A model generated the notes under the pieces. It searched no databases and was not told where the DNA came from. It saw only the letters and a list, made by a program, of their open reading frames with translations. 64,000 nucleotides of DNA from a virus: positions 14,446 to 78,445 of IMG/VR virus record IMGVR_UViG_3300009314_000008; one strand, given 5' to 3'. The translations under genes were made by a program, and so were the position numbers. Below, in pieces: positions 31,157 through 40,407 of the stretch (positions within the stretch are counted from its first letter, which is position 1; each line of letters begins with the position of its first letter).

Positions 31157-33145
31157 TTATTTATCATATAGATTTTTCCACATCGATGCAATAATGCTAT
31201 CTCTATCTTCTATAGGATATTGCGTTATATCCATCCCATTAAAATCCATTCCATTTTTTATTAACATATCAAGTTCGGCATGCTTCCCTACCACTCCCTT
31301 AAGTATTACTTTTATTGCTTTTCGAGTATGGGGATTAGCGGTAAGCCCAGCAGCAATTCCAACCCCTCCAGGATTTTTGGCCACGAATTTTTCAACACCG
31401 CTGATATGTCTTCCCGATTTGGCTTTATTATAAACATGCCCAGCATATAAATAAGATGCCACGGGCAGCCCAACCAAGGTAGCTATATTCGTATATTTAG
31501 CAGATGTCTTAACCATATTATTACCCATTTCTTCCCGCGAATAGTTAAATAAACGCGAAGCCACCTCGCTGCCGACAATGGCGGCTATCCAGAGTTTTGG
31601 GTTACCTTTTATATTTTTAACAAGCGGGACAAGGTGTTTTCCTGCTTTTGTTTTCGACAACATATAGGTAGCAGCGATGGTTCCTAATATTCCAGGTAAG
31701 GGCGATTTATGATTTTTGGGCGGATCTAAATATGCATTAATTTCATTTGCCCTCTTTACCATCACGATTCTCTTGATCATGCATGGTCTATAATATGACC
31801 TTTGCATTAAAAACGGTTTTATGATATCAAAAATATTGTTATTAATTTTATCTGGAGAGAAGGTTATTCCTGGTAAGCATTCCCCAGATGTTGGAATTCC
31901 CTCTATTGTATCCGGAATAACTATTTTCTGTCTATCATATTCATCTGCATCATCTTTTTTCCCCATTTGAATTAAGATAATCCTCTGAAATTCCCGTGGA
32001 CGAGGGTATGCCCCCGCACTCAAGAATGTTGTCAGAATATCATCAATGGGATATTTTGCAATCTCACTTATTGTTCCCACCGGAAGATCCATTTCAGATG
32101 CTTTCAATTCCGGGACTATTTTTTCACCGATATAATTGTTAATCGCCATATGATCATCACTTAATACTTGGCCTTCTACCTCTTTTTCAATATCTGCCTT
32201 CTTATCTTCTGCCCTCTTGTTCTCGGAGGCTTTTTCTATTTCAATTAATTCTTCTTCTGTTATTCTGCCAGAGTCATCTTTGCTAGCAACCTTCTGCAGG
32301 ACATAACTGGATTTTTCAGCATTCGTTCCCACCTTACTTATATCGAAAAACTTAGGTCTCATATTGACCACAGAGACAACTATACCGGTTGAGGGCACCA
32401 TTCTACCCCTCATGTACTTCATATGGTCGCAATATTTGTTCAATGTTGAGTGAATCCCAACAGGACCTCTTCCGAGACTCTTCTTTTGTCCATCATCAGT
32501 TTCCTTGAATTCTTCGTCATTCAATTCAGTAATATATGACAAATCAACGCCATACTTTTTGCCAATCGCCTTTATCTCATCAATATCGCCGGAAATAGAT
32601 ATTTTGATCATTTCATTTTCCGGAATCTTGTAGAATTCTTTCCATTTAGGATGGCATACCCGACAAACATCATAAGGAACCCTCATGCCCATCGATGTCG
32701 GAATATGCTGGTGACTATCCAGCATCTGCTTCGTGTCCAAATCCTTCAGGGTATCCACCTCTGCAACTACCAGCACTCTGCCCATCATCTCATCCCATGT
32801 GGAGAAAATCACTCTACCGAACCCTTTGGCTGGGTCTTTATTCTCATGGCGATGAAAATAATGTGCCTTAAGGTAAGTTTTATACCCCCAATCATCCGTA
32901 GGATTACTTAGACTCATAGTTGGGAAGAAATCTGAATTACTATTTGCTCCCCAACACTCATCGGCAACCGCACTGATCAGCAAGAAGACCCTATTTTTTA
33001 CCGGCGTTATGTTCGCCACAAACTCCTGAGCATCTTTGGGCATGTAATTGTAATTAGCCACTTTCTCCATGCCATAAAAATTAATCGGCTGGACAGTGGG
33101 GTTCCCATTCTTATCGTAAGATGGGAGGTCAATATATTTGATCAT
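31157..33145 (-). CDS. Prohead (capsid maturation) serine protease with Zn ribbon and C-terminal membrane helices
   Basis: HRHENKD (His), TSMG (Ser), CRVC...CDH, FFDISKV..NAE pattern of HK97/assemblin-type proteases; upstream of scaffolds and MCP. Confidence 0.7.
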   Translation of the reverse strand: MIKYIDLPSYDKNGNPTVQPINFYGMEKVANYNYMPKDAQEFVANITPVKNRVFLLISAVADECWGANSNSDFFPTMSLSNPTDDWGYKTYLKAHYFHRHENKDPAKGFGRVIFSTWDEMMGRVLVVAEVDTLKDLDTKQMLDSHQHIPTSMGMRVPYDVCRVCHPKWKEFYKIPENEMIKISISGDIDEIKAIGKKYGVDLSYITELNDEEFKETDDGQKKSLGRGPVGIHSTLNKYCDHMKYMRGRMVPSTGIVVSVVNMRPKFFDISKVGTNAEKSSYVLQKVASKDDSGRITEEELIEIEKASENKRAEDKKADIEKEVEGQVLSDDHMAINNYIGEKIVPELKASEMDLPVGTISEIAKYPIDDILTTFLSAGAYPRPREFQRIILIQMGKKDDADEYDRQKIVIPDTIEGIPTSGECLPGITFSPDKINNNIFDIIKPFLMQRSYYRPCMIKRIVMVKRANEINAYLDPPKNHKSPLPGILGTIAATYMLSKTKAGKHLVPLVKNIKGNPKLWIAAIVGSEVASRLFNYSREEMGNNMVKTSAKYTNIATLVGLPVASYLYAGHVYNKAKSGRHISGVEKFVAKNPGGVGIAAGLTANPHTRKAIKVILKGVVGKHAELDMLIKNGMDFNGMDITQYPIEDRDSIIASMWKNLYDK

Positions 33146-33157
33146 TTGTTCTCCCAG

Positions 33158-33538
33158 TTATATTCGGGGCGCCCTATAATATTTTATTAATGAATTAACA
33201 TACTTTTCAGCATCTCTCTGTAATACACTGGGGAATGCTTTTGCTTTTAAATCATCAATTTCAGATAAAACTTTTGCTGCCCCCCCAGATAGTCCTCCTG
33301 CACCTACATGACGCATAGTCTTCATTAAAGATTTTGGTCCTATCAGCGAAGATAGTGCCCCTATCCCAGCCCCTAATAGAACAGCAGGCAATCGTCCCTG
33401 CTCAATATTATCAAAAGCATGAGTCTTGTAGTCTTTTATTGCCTGACTTTTGGTATATTGTGGATTAGTTGATATTTCGTCTTCGATGTCTGCAATATCT
33501 TTGACTATTGCTTCTTTAATTATTAATGGACGTTTCAT
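33158..33538 (-). CDS. Leader-bearing Gly-zipper protein (true start MKRPLIIKEA at 33538)
   Basis: AAGGAGAAATA-ATG RBS; LLGAGIGAL and VGAGGLSGGAA helices. Confidence 0.65.
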   Translation of the reverse strand: MKRPLIIKEAIVKDIADIEDEISTNPQYTKSQAIKDYKTHAFDNIEQGRLPAVLLGAGIGALSSLIGPKSLMKTMRHVGAGGLSGGAAKVLSEIDDLKAKAFPSVLQRDAEKYVNSLIKYYRAPRI

Positions 33539-33582
33539 TATTTCTCCTTTAATTTGCTCTTTCCATAACTTCGTATAATTGG

Positions 33583-33678
33583 TCAATGATATCTTTCTTC
33601 TCTTTTGATCTTTGCAACAAATAGAGGTTGTAATATAGTGCTGATCACCGCCTCTTTAACTACAATGGGACATCTCAC
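33583..33678 (-). CDS. 31-aa leader-bearing micro-ORF (not in ORF track)
   Basis: GTG start, AGGA upstream: MRCPIVVKEAVISTILQPLFVAKIKREERYH. Confidence 0.55.
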   Translation of the reverse strand: MRCPIVVKEAVISTILQPLFVAKIKREERYH

Positions 33679-33690
33679 TATTTCTATTTC

Positions 33691-34170
33691 CTATGTATCT
33701 CTCATATAGTATTTATAGTTTTTAGGATTTTTCTTTATCCCCGGTCTTTGATAATGTCTCCTGAAATTTTCTATATCAGTTTTTTTATCAGCATATGCTC
33801 GCATTCTCTCCATTCTCCTTTTATTTGGAGTAAATGCTGCACCTAATCCTATTCCACTTAATAGCGACGATCCCAATATAATAGGTAATTTGTATTTTCC
33901 TTTTATTTTTGACCCGGACATAAGACTACTAGATATTGTGCCACCCAGTCCTCCTCCTAATATCCCTCCAGCGACCTGCCTATTTTTTTTGTATACTTTA
34001 GGCAGATTCCTATATCTATTTATCCTTTTGTTCCTCAATTCATCAGATAATTCCAGATATTTATCGCTTGTTATTTCTTTTGCTTTTGTTGGGGTATACC
34101 CTCTATACTCACCTTTGTTGGATACTCTCATCAATGTAATGGCTTCTTTTACTATTCTTGGACATTTCAT
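33691..34170 (-). CDS. Leader-bearing basic protein with two Gly-zipper helices
   Basis: MKCPRIVKEA; GGILGGGLGG; ILGSSLLSGIGLGA. Confidence 0.7.
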   Translation of the reverse strand: MKCPRIVKEAITLMRVSNKGEYRGYTPTKAKEITSDKYLELSDELRNKRINRYRNLPKVYKKNRQVAGGILGGGLGGTISSSLMSGSKIKGKYKLPIILGSSLLSGIGLGAAFTPNKRRMERMRAYADKKTDIENFRRHYQRPGIKKNPKNYKYYMRDT

Positions 34171-34250
34171 TTTATTCTCCTTTATTTTTTCAATCCAGTA
34201 TATCGTCTTGGATCGTATATTCCTTATATTTAATCATATATTCTCCAAAA

Positions 34251-34382
34251 TTATTTTTTGACTGATCCTAAACCGTGTTGGATAAGAACATTGTTATTCA
34301 TTGATTTTCTAACAGTCCTTTCCTGATGTGGCTGTAAGACGGTTTTAGTTGCTGCCATTTTTACAGATGCAGGACATTTCGT
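34251..34382 (-). pseudogene. Leader fused to truncated SNF2/SF2 helicase N-terminus; start codon reads ACG
   Basis: GAGG..AAATAAG-ACG-AAA-TGT-CCT: (T)KCPASVKMAATKTVLQPHQERTVRKSMNNNVLIQHGLGSVKK*; LxPHQ Q-motif and a HGLGS(GKT)-like Walker A cut short. Confidence 0.6.
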
Positions 34383-34424
34383 CTTATTTTTCCTCTCGTT
34401 TTATATGCCTAATCATCTTAAAAC

Positions 34425-34694
34425 TTAACTAGATTTATCTTTTTTTAATGTTTGTGCTCGTCTCCAACCTGACATATATCCAAGATGATAACCTATTGAA
34501 CCAGGTATCGTTAGTAGCCCAGCGTAATTTTTAAATTTCAGTCGTTCCGGATTTTCTTTTCTGCTGATAGCTCCTTCCCTAAATCCCTTTTTCTTACCTT
34601 CTCCATGACCTATCAAAGAAGGTGTTCCAAATAACGACAGATCGATGGCAGGACCTACGAGAACGGCCATTTTAACTATTTGTGGACATTTCAT
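34425..34694 (-). CDS. Leader-bearing small protein
   Basis: MKCPQIVKMA; AGGAG RBS; Gly-rich helices. Confidence 0.7.
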   Translation of the reverse strand: MKCPQIVKMAVLVGPAIDLSLFGTPSLIGHGEGKKKGFREGAISRKENPERLKFKNYAGLLTIPGSIGYHLGYMSGWRRAQTLKKDKSS

Positions 34695-34708
34695 CTTATT
34701 TCTCCTTT

Positions 34709-35209
34709 CTAAACTCCAGACACAACGTAGGGCTTACCAACTAAGGGTTGTTTACCTAACACTATGTGTGCAGGATATTTTTTATTCTTAATTATATTAT
34801 GTTTTATCTTTATACCTTTTGGTTTTATTGCTTTTAACTTCTTGTAGCCAAACCTTCCTCCAACTCCGATTGCAGCACCACCTATAGTTCCTTTGACAAC
34901 ATTTCCACCGCTTATGCCCGATGATATTCCACCGACAGATCCACCAACAATACCTGCTTTTGTATATGGATTTTTCCATATATGTTTAGCGATGGGTTTA
35001 AATGCTTTTAATGCGGCAACTATTCCCGCTTCCTTCAGTACTATTGGGCATGCCAACTTAATCCCATTATCGGTTTTTCTCTTAGTTATTGCTGGTGCAT
35101 ATCTTGCCCGGGAATTAGTTATTGTTGGCGTTTTCATCACAACAGATTGTCCGGCCTTTAATGCTTTACTATACAATAGACCCTTATCATAATTTATCAT
35201 ATTTACCAT
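34709..35209 (-). CDS. Basic protein with internal leader and Gly-zipper
   Basis: KLACPIVLKEA internal; GIVGGSVGGISSG..GTIGGAAIGVGG. Confidence 0.65.
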   Translation of the reverse strand: MVNMINYDKGLLYSKALKAGQSVVMKTPTITNSRARYAPAITKRKTDNGIKLACPIVLKEAGIVAALKAFKPIAKHIWKNPYTKAGIVGGSVGGISSGISGGNVVKGTIGGAAIGVGGRFGYKKLKAIKPKGIKIKHNIIKNKKYPAHIVLGKQPLVGKPYVVSGV

Positions 35210-35901
35210 CCTATTAGTTTATATTTAAACATCAGTCCAACCGTTGTTGTATTCCCCTTTAATCCAATTCCATATCTTTCATCAAAGATGATATCTATGC
35301 CTACAAAACCATCTAATCTCTGTTTATTATTATTAACTTCTGGATTATAATCATATTGGGTCTCCCCTACGAAGAATATCTGTCCTTTATCAACGGTTTT
35401 AATATATTTTCTTTCCCAATTGAGCCTCACATTTTTTATCTGATATCTCAATTTATCAAAGATATACATTACTCCATCTTTATCTAGATTTACATCAATA
35501 TCTATCCACTCATGAATATCAAATTGCAGAGTATCCCCTTCGGCTGTAAAGAGTTTTCGCACTTTTATTGCATTATCGCCACTATAATCTAATGTGTGGG
35601 AAGCAGCATTAGCCACCATGAGAGTATCATAAATAGTTTCTCCATCTTCTGTGACAATAATTGATATTGTATCCTTGATAATCTTGGGATTAGTAAATAG
35701 CGAATCTGCTATCGATTTCCAATTATTCGCCTGATGAGTAACCGCACTTATACTCTCCGTCAAGGAATCCACCTTGCTATCCATAAACACAAGGTCTTCC
35801 TCTTGCCTAACGATTGTATCGTTTACACCATTTCGATAGGCAAAGTGATAAATGCTGCCAGTTAGCACTACTATAATAAGCACGATTATCTTAACATCCA
35901 T
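35203..35901 (-). CDS. Membrane-anchored protein, putative spanin-like lysis protein
   Basis: N-terminal TM, coiled coil, C-terminal amphipathic beta-strands ending YKLIGW. Confidence 0.45.
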   Translation of the reverse strand: MDVKIIVLIIVVLTGSIYHFAYRNGVNDTIVRQEEDLVFMDSKVDSLTESISAVTHQANNWKSIADSLFTNPKIIKDTISIIVTEDGETIYDTLMVANAASHTLDYSGDNAIKVRKLFTAEGDTLQFDIHEWIDIDVNLDKDGVMYIFDKLRYQIKNVRLNWERKYIKTVDKGQIFFVGETQYDYNPEVNNNKQRLDGFVGIDIIFDERYGIGLKGNTTTVGLMFKYKLIGW

Positions 35902-35972
35902 TACTTCTCCTTTCTTTTTTGAGCCATCCTCCGGAAGACTTTCGCCAAATTATAGCGCCTTGTCTTTGGTGG

Positions 35973-36854
35973 TCAAGTAGGTCCACCAAAGTTTGCTCCA
36001 GAACACACACCTTCCGTACCTCGACTTTTAATGGATTTATTTGCTGATTGTATCCACCTTTTGGTTGCTTCCTTTAATACCCATGGACATAAAGCCTTCT
36101 TTTCTATAAGTAAATGCATAGATTTGCCCCGCGCCATCTTCAATATATTGGGATACGCTAATTTCTTAAACCAATCCGTTTTTGACACATCATCAAATGC
36201 TCTATTGATTGTTTTAGCAATTTCCTCATTGCCTCCTTTGTCGGGATGCACTTTCCTCATCGTTGCCCAATAAGCTTGTTTTACCTGACTTTTTGAGTTA
36301 ACTCCTTTCATCTTTAATCCGAAAGTACTTAAATTCTTTTTTATGGTAGCCTTTGGAATGTTCGGCGACCCTGAGTATTGTTGATATGCACGCCTGAAAC
36401 CATCATATGATGCGCCCCGCAATTTTGCGTGATTGTACGGGATAAAAGATCCTGCCAACATCCCTAATCGTATACCCACACCCACAGATTTTTTCAGTTC
36501 ATTTTTATTTCGTCGTGTTCTATTAGAATAAAATTGTTTAAATGTCGCTGATGGATTCTTTTTTTTATACCTTCCCCATTGGTTTTTAAGAGTACCAGCA
36601 TATGATAGCCCACCCCCTACTGCGCTACCTCCTCCTATTCTAATGGCCATTTGCCTCATAACCTCACTTTGTAGTGAAGCCTTTTTTGGAAGCCCCTTTC
36701 TCTTAGTTTTAGCAAATTCCCTGATTTTTTCTTTGGGCATTTTCTCGTATATCTGCCTAGCCGGACCATGTAATGCAGAGACTGGTATTTCGCCCTTTTT
36801 GGCTGCATAGACAAGTCCCATTAATTTTTGTTGGTTCTGACTGACACTGGGCAC
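35973..36854 (-). CDS. Polyprotein: DUF3008-like domain + Gly-zipper TMs + J-domain + leader-preceded small basic module (GTG start 36854; frame continues past TGA to 35901)
   Basis: PSVSQNQQKLMG...KKGE...EFAKTKRKGLP (DUF3008-like); HPDKGG; YPNILKMA and LCPWVLKEA linkers. Confidence 0.7.
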   Translation of the reverse strand: MPSVSQNQQKLMGLVYAAKKGEIPVSALHGPARQIYEKMPKEKIREFAKTKRKGLPKKASLQSEVMRQMAIRIGGGSAVGGGLSYAGTLKNQWGRYKKKNPSATFKQFYSNRTRRNKNELKKSVGVGIRLGMLAGSFIPYNHAKLRGASYDGFRRAYQQYSGSPNIPKATIKKNLSTFGLKMKGVNSKSQVKQAYWATMRKVHPDKGGNEEIAKTINRAFDDVSKTDWFKKLAYPNILKMARGKSMHLLIEKKALCPWVLKEATKRWIQSANKSIKSRGTEGVCSGANFGGPT

Positions 36855-36855
36855 G

Positions 36856-37572
36856 TTATTCTCCTGCATAGAATAATGGATTTATTCCAGCTTCAACTAA
36901 TACTGTTATTTTACCCGGATTAGACGCACCGCTGACTACTTGTATTTCAATGTCTGATTTACTCTCAACTATTATTGGTTCTTCTAAATCTATTTCTGCC
37001 ACTCCATTCAGGAGGGACACAGATAATTCCCGTTTAAATACTTTCCCAAAAGGTCTTACATTCAAAGACATAAGCGAACTCCCATCATCTGCACCCGCTT
37101 CTGACAGAATAATCTTTTTAATGAAGATCCTTTTCTTATTGGGCACTGTATAGAGAGCCATCTCACTCTTATTTTTTCCGGTTTCTATCATACCTCTAAT
37201 GTTGTTATCATTAGGTATTCCGCCTGTCGGAGCAGATTCGGTACCGATATATATGTCGCCAGCATTATTGGTGTCTCCTATATTCTCTATACTAAACACC
37301 CTTCTCCAAGAATTATCTTCTCCAATTTTTACCCCGGTTTGCCCCGAAGATGTAACCTCTACCTCTTGATAAACATAATTAGCATCTACCCCTGTCACTT
37401 TATAATCCTGATCATCTCCGTTATCAGAGCTGGACAAATATAATGTTTCTGATACAGAACCATAAATATATTCCATATTATGTGGCCAAACAAGTTGATT
37501 TACATCTGTTGTCAGATTCCCAGCATATCCTTTTATTTTTATAGGTTTCATACCCGCGAATACTTTGCTCAT
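36856..37572 (-). CDS. Virion structural protein (beta-rich)
   Basis: LYLSSSDNGDD, GVDANY, NAGDIYI, YTVP, KSDIEI pattern common in phage structural proteins. Confidence 0.5.
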   Translation of the reverse strand: MSKVFAGMKPIKIKGYAGNLTTDVNQLVWPHNMEYIYGSVSETLYLSSSDNGDDQDYKVTGVDANYVYQEVEVTSSGQTGVKIGEDNSWRRVFSIENIGDTNNAGDIYIGTESAPTGGIPNDNNIRGMIETGKNKSEMALYTVPNKKRIFIKKIILSEAGADDGSSLMSLNVRPFGKVFKRELSVSLLNGVAEIDLEEPIIVESKSDIEIQVVSGASNPGKITVLVEAGINPLFYAGE

Positions 37573-37581
37573 TTTTTCTCC

Positions 37582-40350
37582 TTACTTATCTAAATCCATA
37601 TTTGCTATTATTTTTTTATATAATGTGGGATTTATGTATCGAAGTTGCTTTAGCATTTCTACCCTGTCGGTTTCATTATAACTTTCCTGAATCTGTAGAG
37701 CCATCTCCTTGGCAACATCGTCTTCCCCCGTTTTAATCAAGGTGTTGTCCTTTTCAATTTTCATGAATTGATCTAGATTGTCGGATATCATCTGCTTAAA
37801 CTCATCGGGGAACTTTTGAACTTCCTTTACAAACTTGCCGAATTCTGGTGTTCCTTCGAGTTTAATCATCCTGGATGCATAGGCCGCGGCTTGTTGCTTA
37901 ATGAACATTCGGCTTTCCAGTTCGGTTTCTACATCTTTGGCGATATCTGGACGGTGAGCCTCAATCTCCTCAACTATATCAGATATTTCATTGTCGTCTG
38001 CATTGGCTAATCTATCTGCATAGCCCATTGTGGCCATAGCATCCGCAGTTTCTTTAACTTTAGCGAACCTCTCCGAAGATTCCTGCATTAATTGCTGTTT
38101 AAAATATTCTCTCTCGTCCTGATTTAATCTATTATAGGTTGTAGCAGACAAATTTATACTCTGATCTTCTGCTCTTTCTTCGTCCATTCTTTTAATACGT
38201 TCTTTCTGCAAGTTTGGATCCATTGTGACCGTTTTCTCTATTTGTTCTTCATCCTTTTTCTTCTTATATATATTTTCCAGTTGCTTATTGCGTTCTTCTT
38301 CGCTTAATTGGGACAATTCCTGTTTAGTCTGGGGATCAAGATTGTCGTTAATGGCCGACATTTCCTGTTCTATAGCAATTTCTTGAAGACATTTCTTTCT
38401 GTCATCGTACTTCATGCCGATCAATTCCAGTTGTTTAGTTTTTGGCAATTTTTTATAAATCTCCATCAATTGACGGTATTCTTCGGCCATCTGTCTCTTA
38501 TAATTAACCTCATCTCCCTTGAGTCCCATGGCTTCCATCTGATTCAATTCCAATTTCATTGATCGTTTTGCATCTCTATACTGCTGATCAGATTGTATTT
38601 TGAGACTTTCCTTCATATGTTCTAAAGAACCATCCATCTCATTAATCCGCCGTTTATTCTGAACATCCAATTGATAATCCAACAACTTTTTCTTGGATGC
38701 AATATCCATTTTCATCAATTTCTTATGTTTATCAATAGCGGCCTCCATTTTATCGGATTCAATGGCGGCTATAGATAACTGATCTTTCAGGGCTTCTCGA
38801 CGTTCAGTTTCTTTTATTTTCTTCTGTCCAGATAACAATACTTCTTGGAATTCAACTTCACCCTGGGCTTCGAGGCGTTTCTGCATTTTTTTGAAATAGA
38901 TTCTATCCTGTTTAGTGGCTTCTATTTTTGATCTTTGTGCTCGGAGATCAACACCAAACCGACTATAATATAATTCCGGAGATATATCTCCGTTCACCAT
39001 ACCCTTTTCGAGAAAAGTTGACTCCGCAAGGGCCTCGACCAACCTGGGCATTTCCAAAGTCAATTCGACCTTATCTTTTACATTCTGCGATGAGTTTATT
39101 TTCTCGGCTATAAAATCTAATAATTCCTGGACTAACATTCCGAATTGTTTAAATGTATTTTCGAGAATAATCGCTGATACATTTTGTCGTGACCATGTTA
39201 CTCCACCGAATATAAACTCAATAGGTACACCTATTGTGGCCAATATGTCCGACATGTTCTCGCGCAATTCTCTTCCGAGCACGAGAAGTTTGCCGGCTCC
39301 CCAAAAGTCTTTACTGCCCATTTCAATAGGCATCACCATTACATGTTTATTATCTTTTTTCCATTTTTTATATTGTGAGAGAACGCTCTGTCGCCAAGTC
39401 AACGAATTAATAGTTTGAGTCCTTGGTAGATGACCTCCAGATTCACCTCTCCAAATAGGATAAAGCATCCGGAACGGAACCATCAATTCTTCGGCAACAT
39501 TAGCGTTTGCTTGGACATACTTCATTCTTGTATAGAGATCTTGGAATGCCATTACCATGGGTGGAATTGGCATCCCTTGAATATTCATTGTCGGAGCCTC
39601 AAAGATAAATAGTTTGCTGGGATTGATGACTATCCTGCGATTTTTCAATGCCGCTCTTATATATATCTGAGGCGTTGTACAAAGAATATAATGATCACCC
39701 CTGCGTATCAGATTACGCATTTCTTTATCAATATATAATTTATATTGTTTTGTGTCAGTTATTTTATTATAAACTGCTTCAATATTGTTAGGTGACCATA
39801 CTGCTATAGACATTCTTTTTAAATTTGAACTATCTTTTCTATCTCTCATCTTAAAGGATGCATTTTTCCCATAGGCAGAACACTTTTTGTTGCGGCATTT
39901 ATATTGAATCGATCCTTCTCCCGAACTATCCCATTTATATTCTGGGTCTCCTGTATGTGTGAGATCTTTTAACAAATACGTATCTCCACAACTTTCACAC
40001 ACAATAACCTTATCAATAGCATACATCGGAAAAACAGCACTTATCCCATATATATCATAATCACGACATGTCTTCACTATTTTTTCTCTTAATTTAATCA
40101 CCCTGATCATCTTTTTGGCTCTATCCTCAAGTTCTGGATTATTACTTCTGATTTTAATATCCTGGATGGCAAATCTTGCCTTCTTGAGTATAGCCGTCCC
40201 AATCGCTGTATGGGTAAAGAAAAACTCCGCATAGCGATAATAGGTCTTCGCTCTAACGGGGACAACTATTCTGTCCATGTTCAGGTTGAACACCAAATTC
40301 TTGATTCTGCTTGTATTATAGCTGCCTTCAGTAACACTATCTAATGACAT
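37582..40350 (-). CDS. Portal protein with Zn-ribbon insert and long C-terminal coiled coil
   Basis: DYDIYGISAV, IGVPIEFIFGG, LENTF; position between terminase and protease. Confidence 0.65.
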   Translation of the reverse strand: MSLDSVTEGSYNTSRIKNLVFNLNMDRIVVPVRAKTYYRYAEFFFTHTAIGTAILKKARFAIQDIKIRSNNPELEDRAKKMIRVIKLREKIVKTCRDYDIYGISAVFPMYAIDKVIVCESCGDTYLLKDLTHTGDPEYKWDSSGEGSIQYKCRNKKCSAYGKNASFKMRDRKDSSNLKRMSIAVWSPNNIEAVYNKITDTKQYKLYIDKEMRNLIRRGDHYILCTTPQIYIRAALKNRRIVINPSKLFIFEAPTMNIQGMPIPPMVMAFQDLYTRMKYVQANANVAEELMVPFRMLYPIWRGESGGHLPRTQTINSLTWRQSVLSQYKKWKKDNKHVMVMPIEMGSKDFWGAGKLLVLGRELRENMSDILATIGVPIEFIFGGVTWSRQNVSAIILENTFKQFGMLVQELLDFIAEKINSSQNVKDKVELTLEMPRLVEALAESTFLEKGMVNGDISPELYYSRFGVDLRAQRSKIEATKQDRIYFKKMQKRLEAQGEVEFQEVLLSGQKKIKETERREALKDQLSIAAIESDKMEAAIDKHKKLMKMDIASKKKLLDYQLDVQNKRRINEMDGSLEHMKESLKIQSDQQYRDAKRSMKLELNQMEAMGLKGDEVNYKRQMAEEYRQLMEIYKKLPKTKQLELIGMKYDDRKKCLQEIAIEQEMSAINDNLDPQTKQELSQLSEEERNKQLENIYKKKKDEEQIEKTVTMDPNLQKERIKRMDEERAEDQSINLSATTYNRLNQDEREYFKQQLMQESSERFAKVKETADAMATMGYADRLANADDNEISDIVEEIEAHRPDIAKDVETELESRMFIKQQAAAYASRMIKLEGTPEFGKFVKEVQKFPDEFKQMISDNLDQFMKIEKDNTLIKTGEDDVAKEMALQIQESYNETDRVEMLKQLRYINPTLYKKIIANMDLDK

Positions 40351-40407
40351 TACCTATCTCACCTTGCTTTTGCCGCCGAAAATATCATCCGCTTTCTTTA
40401 ATATCCT

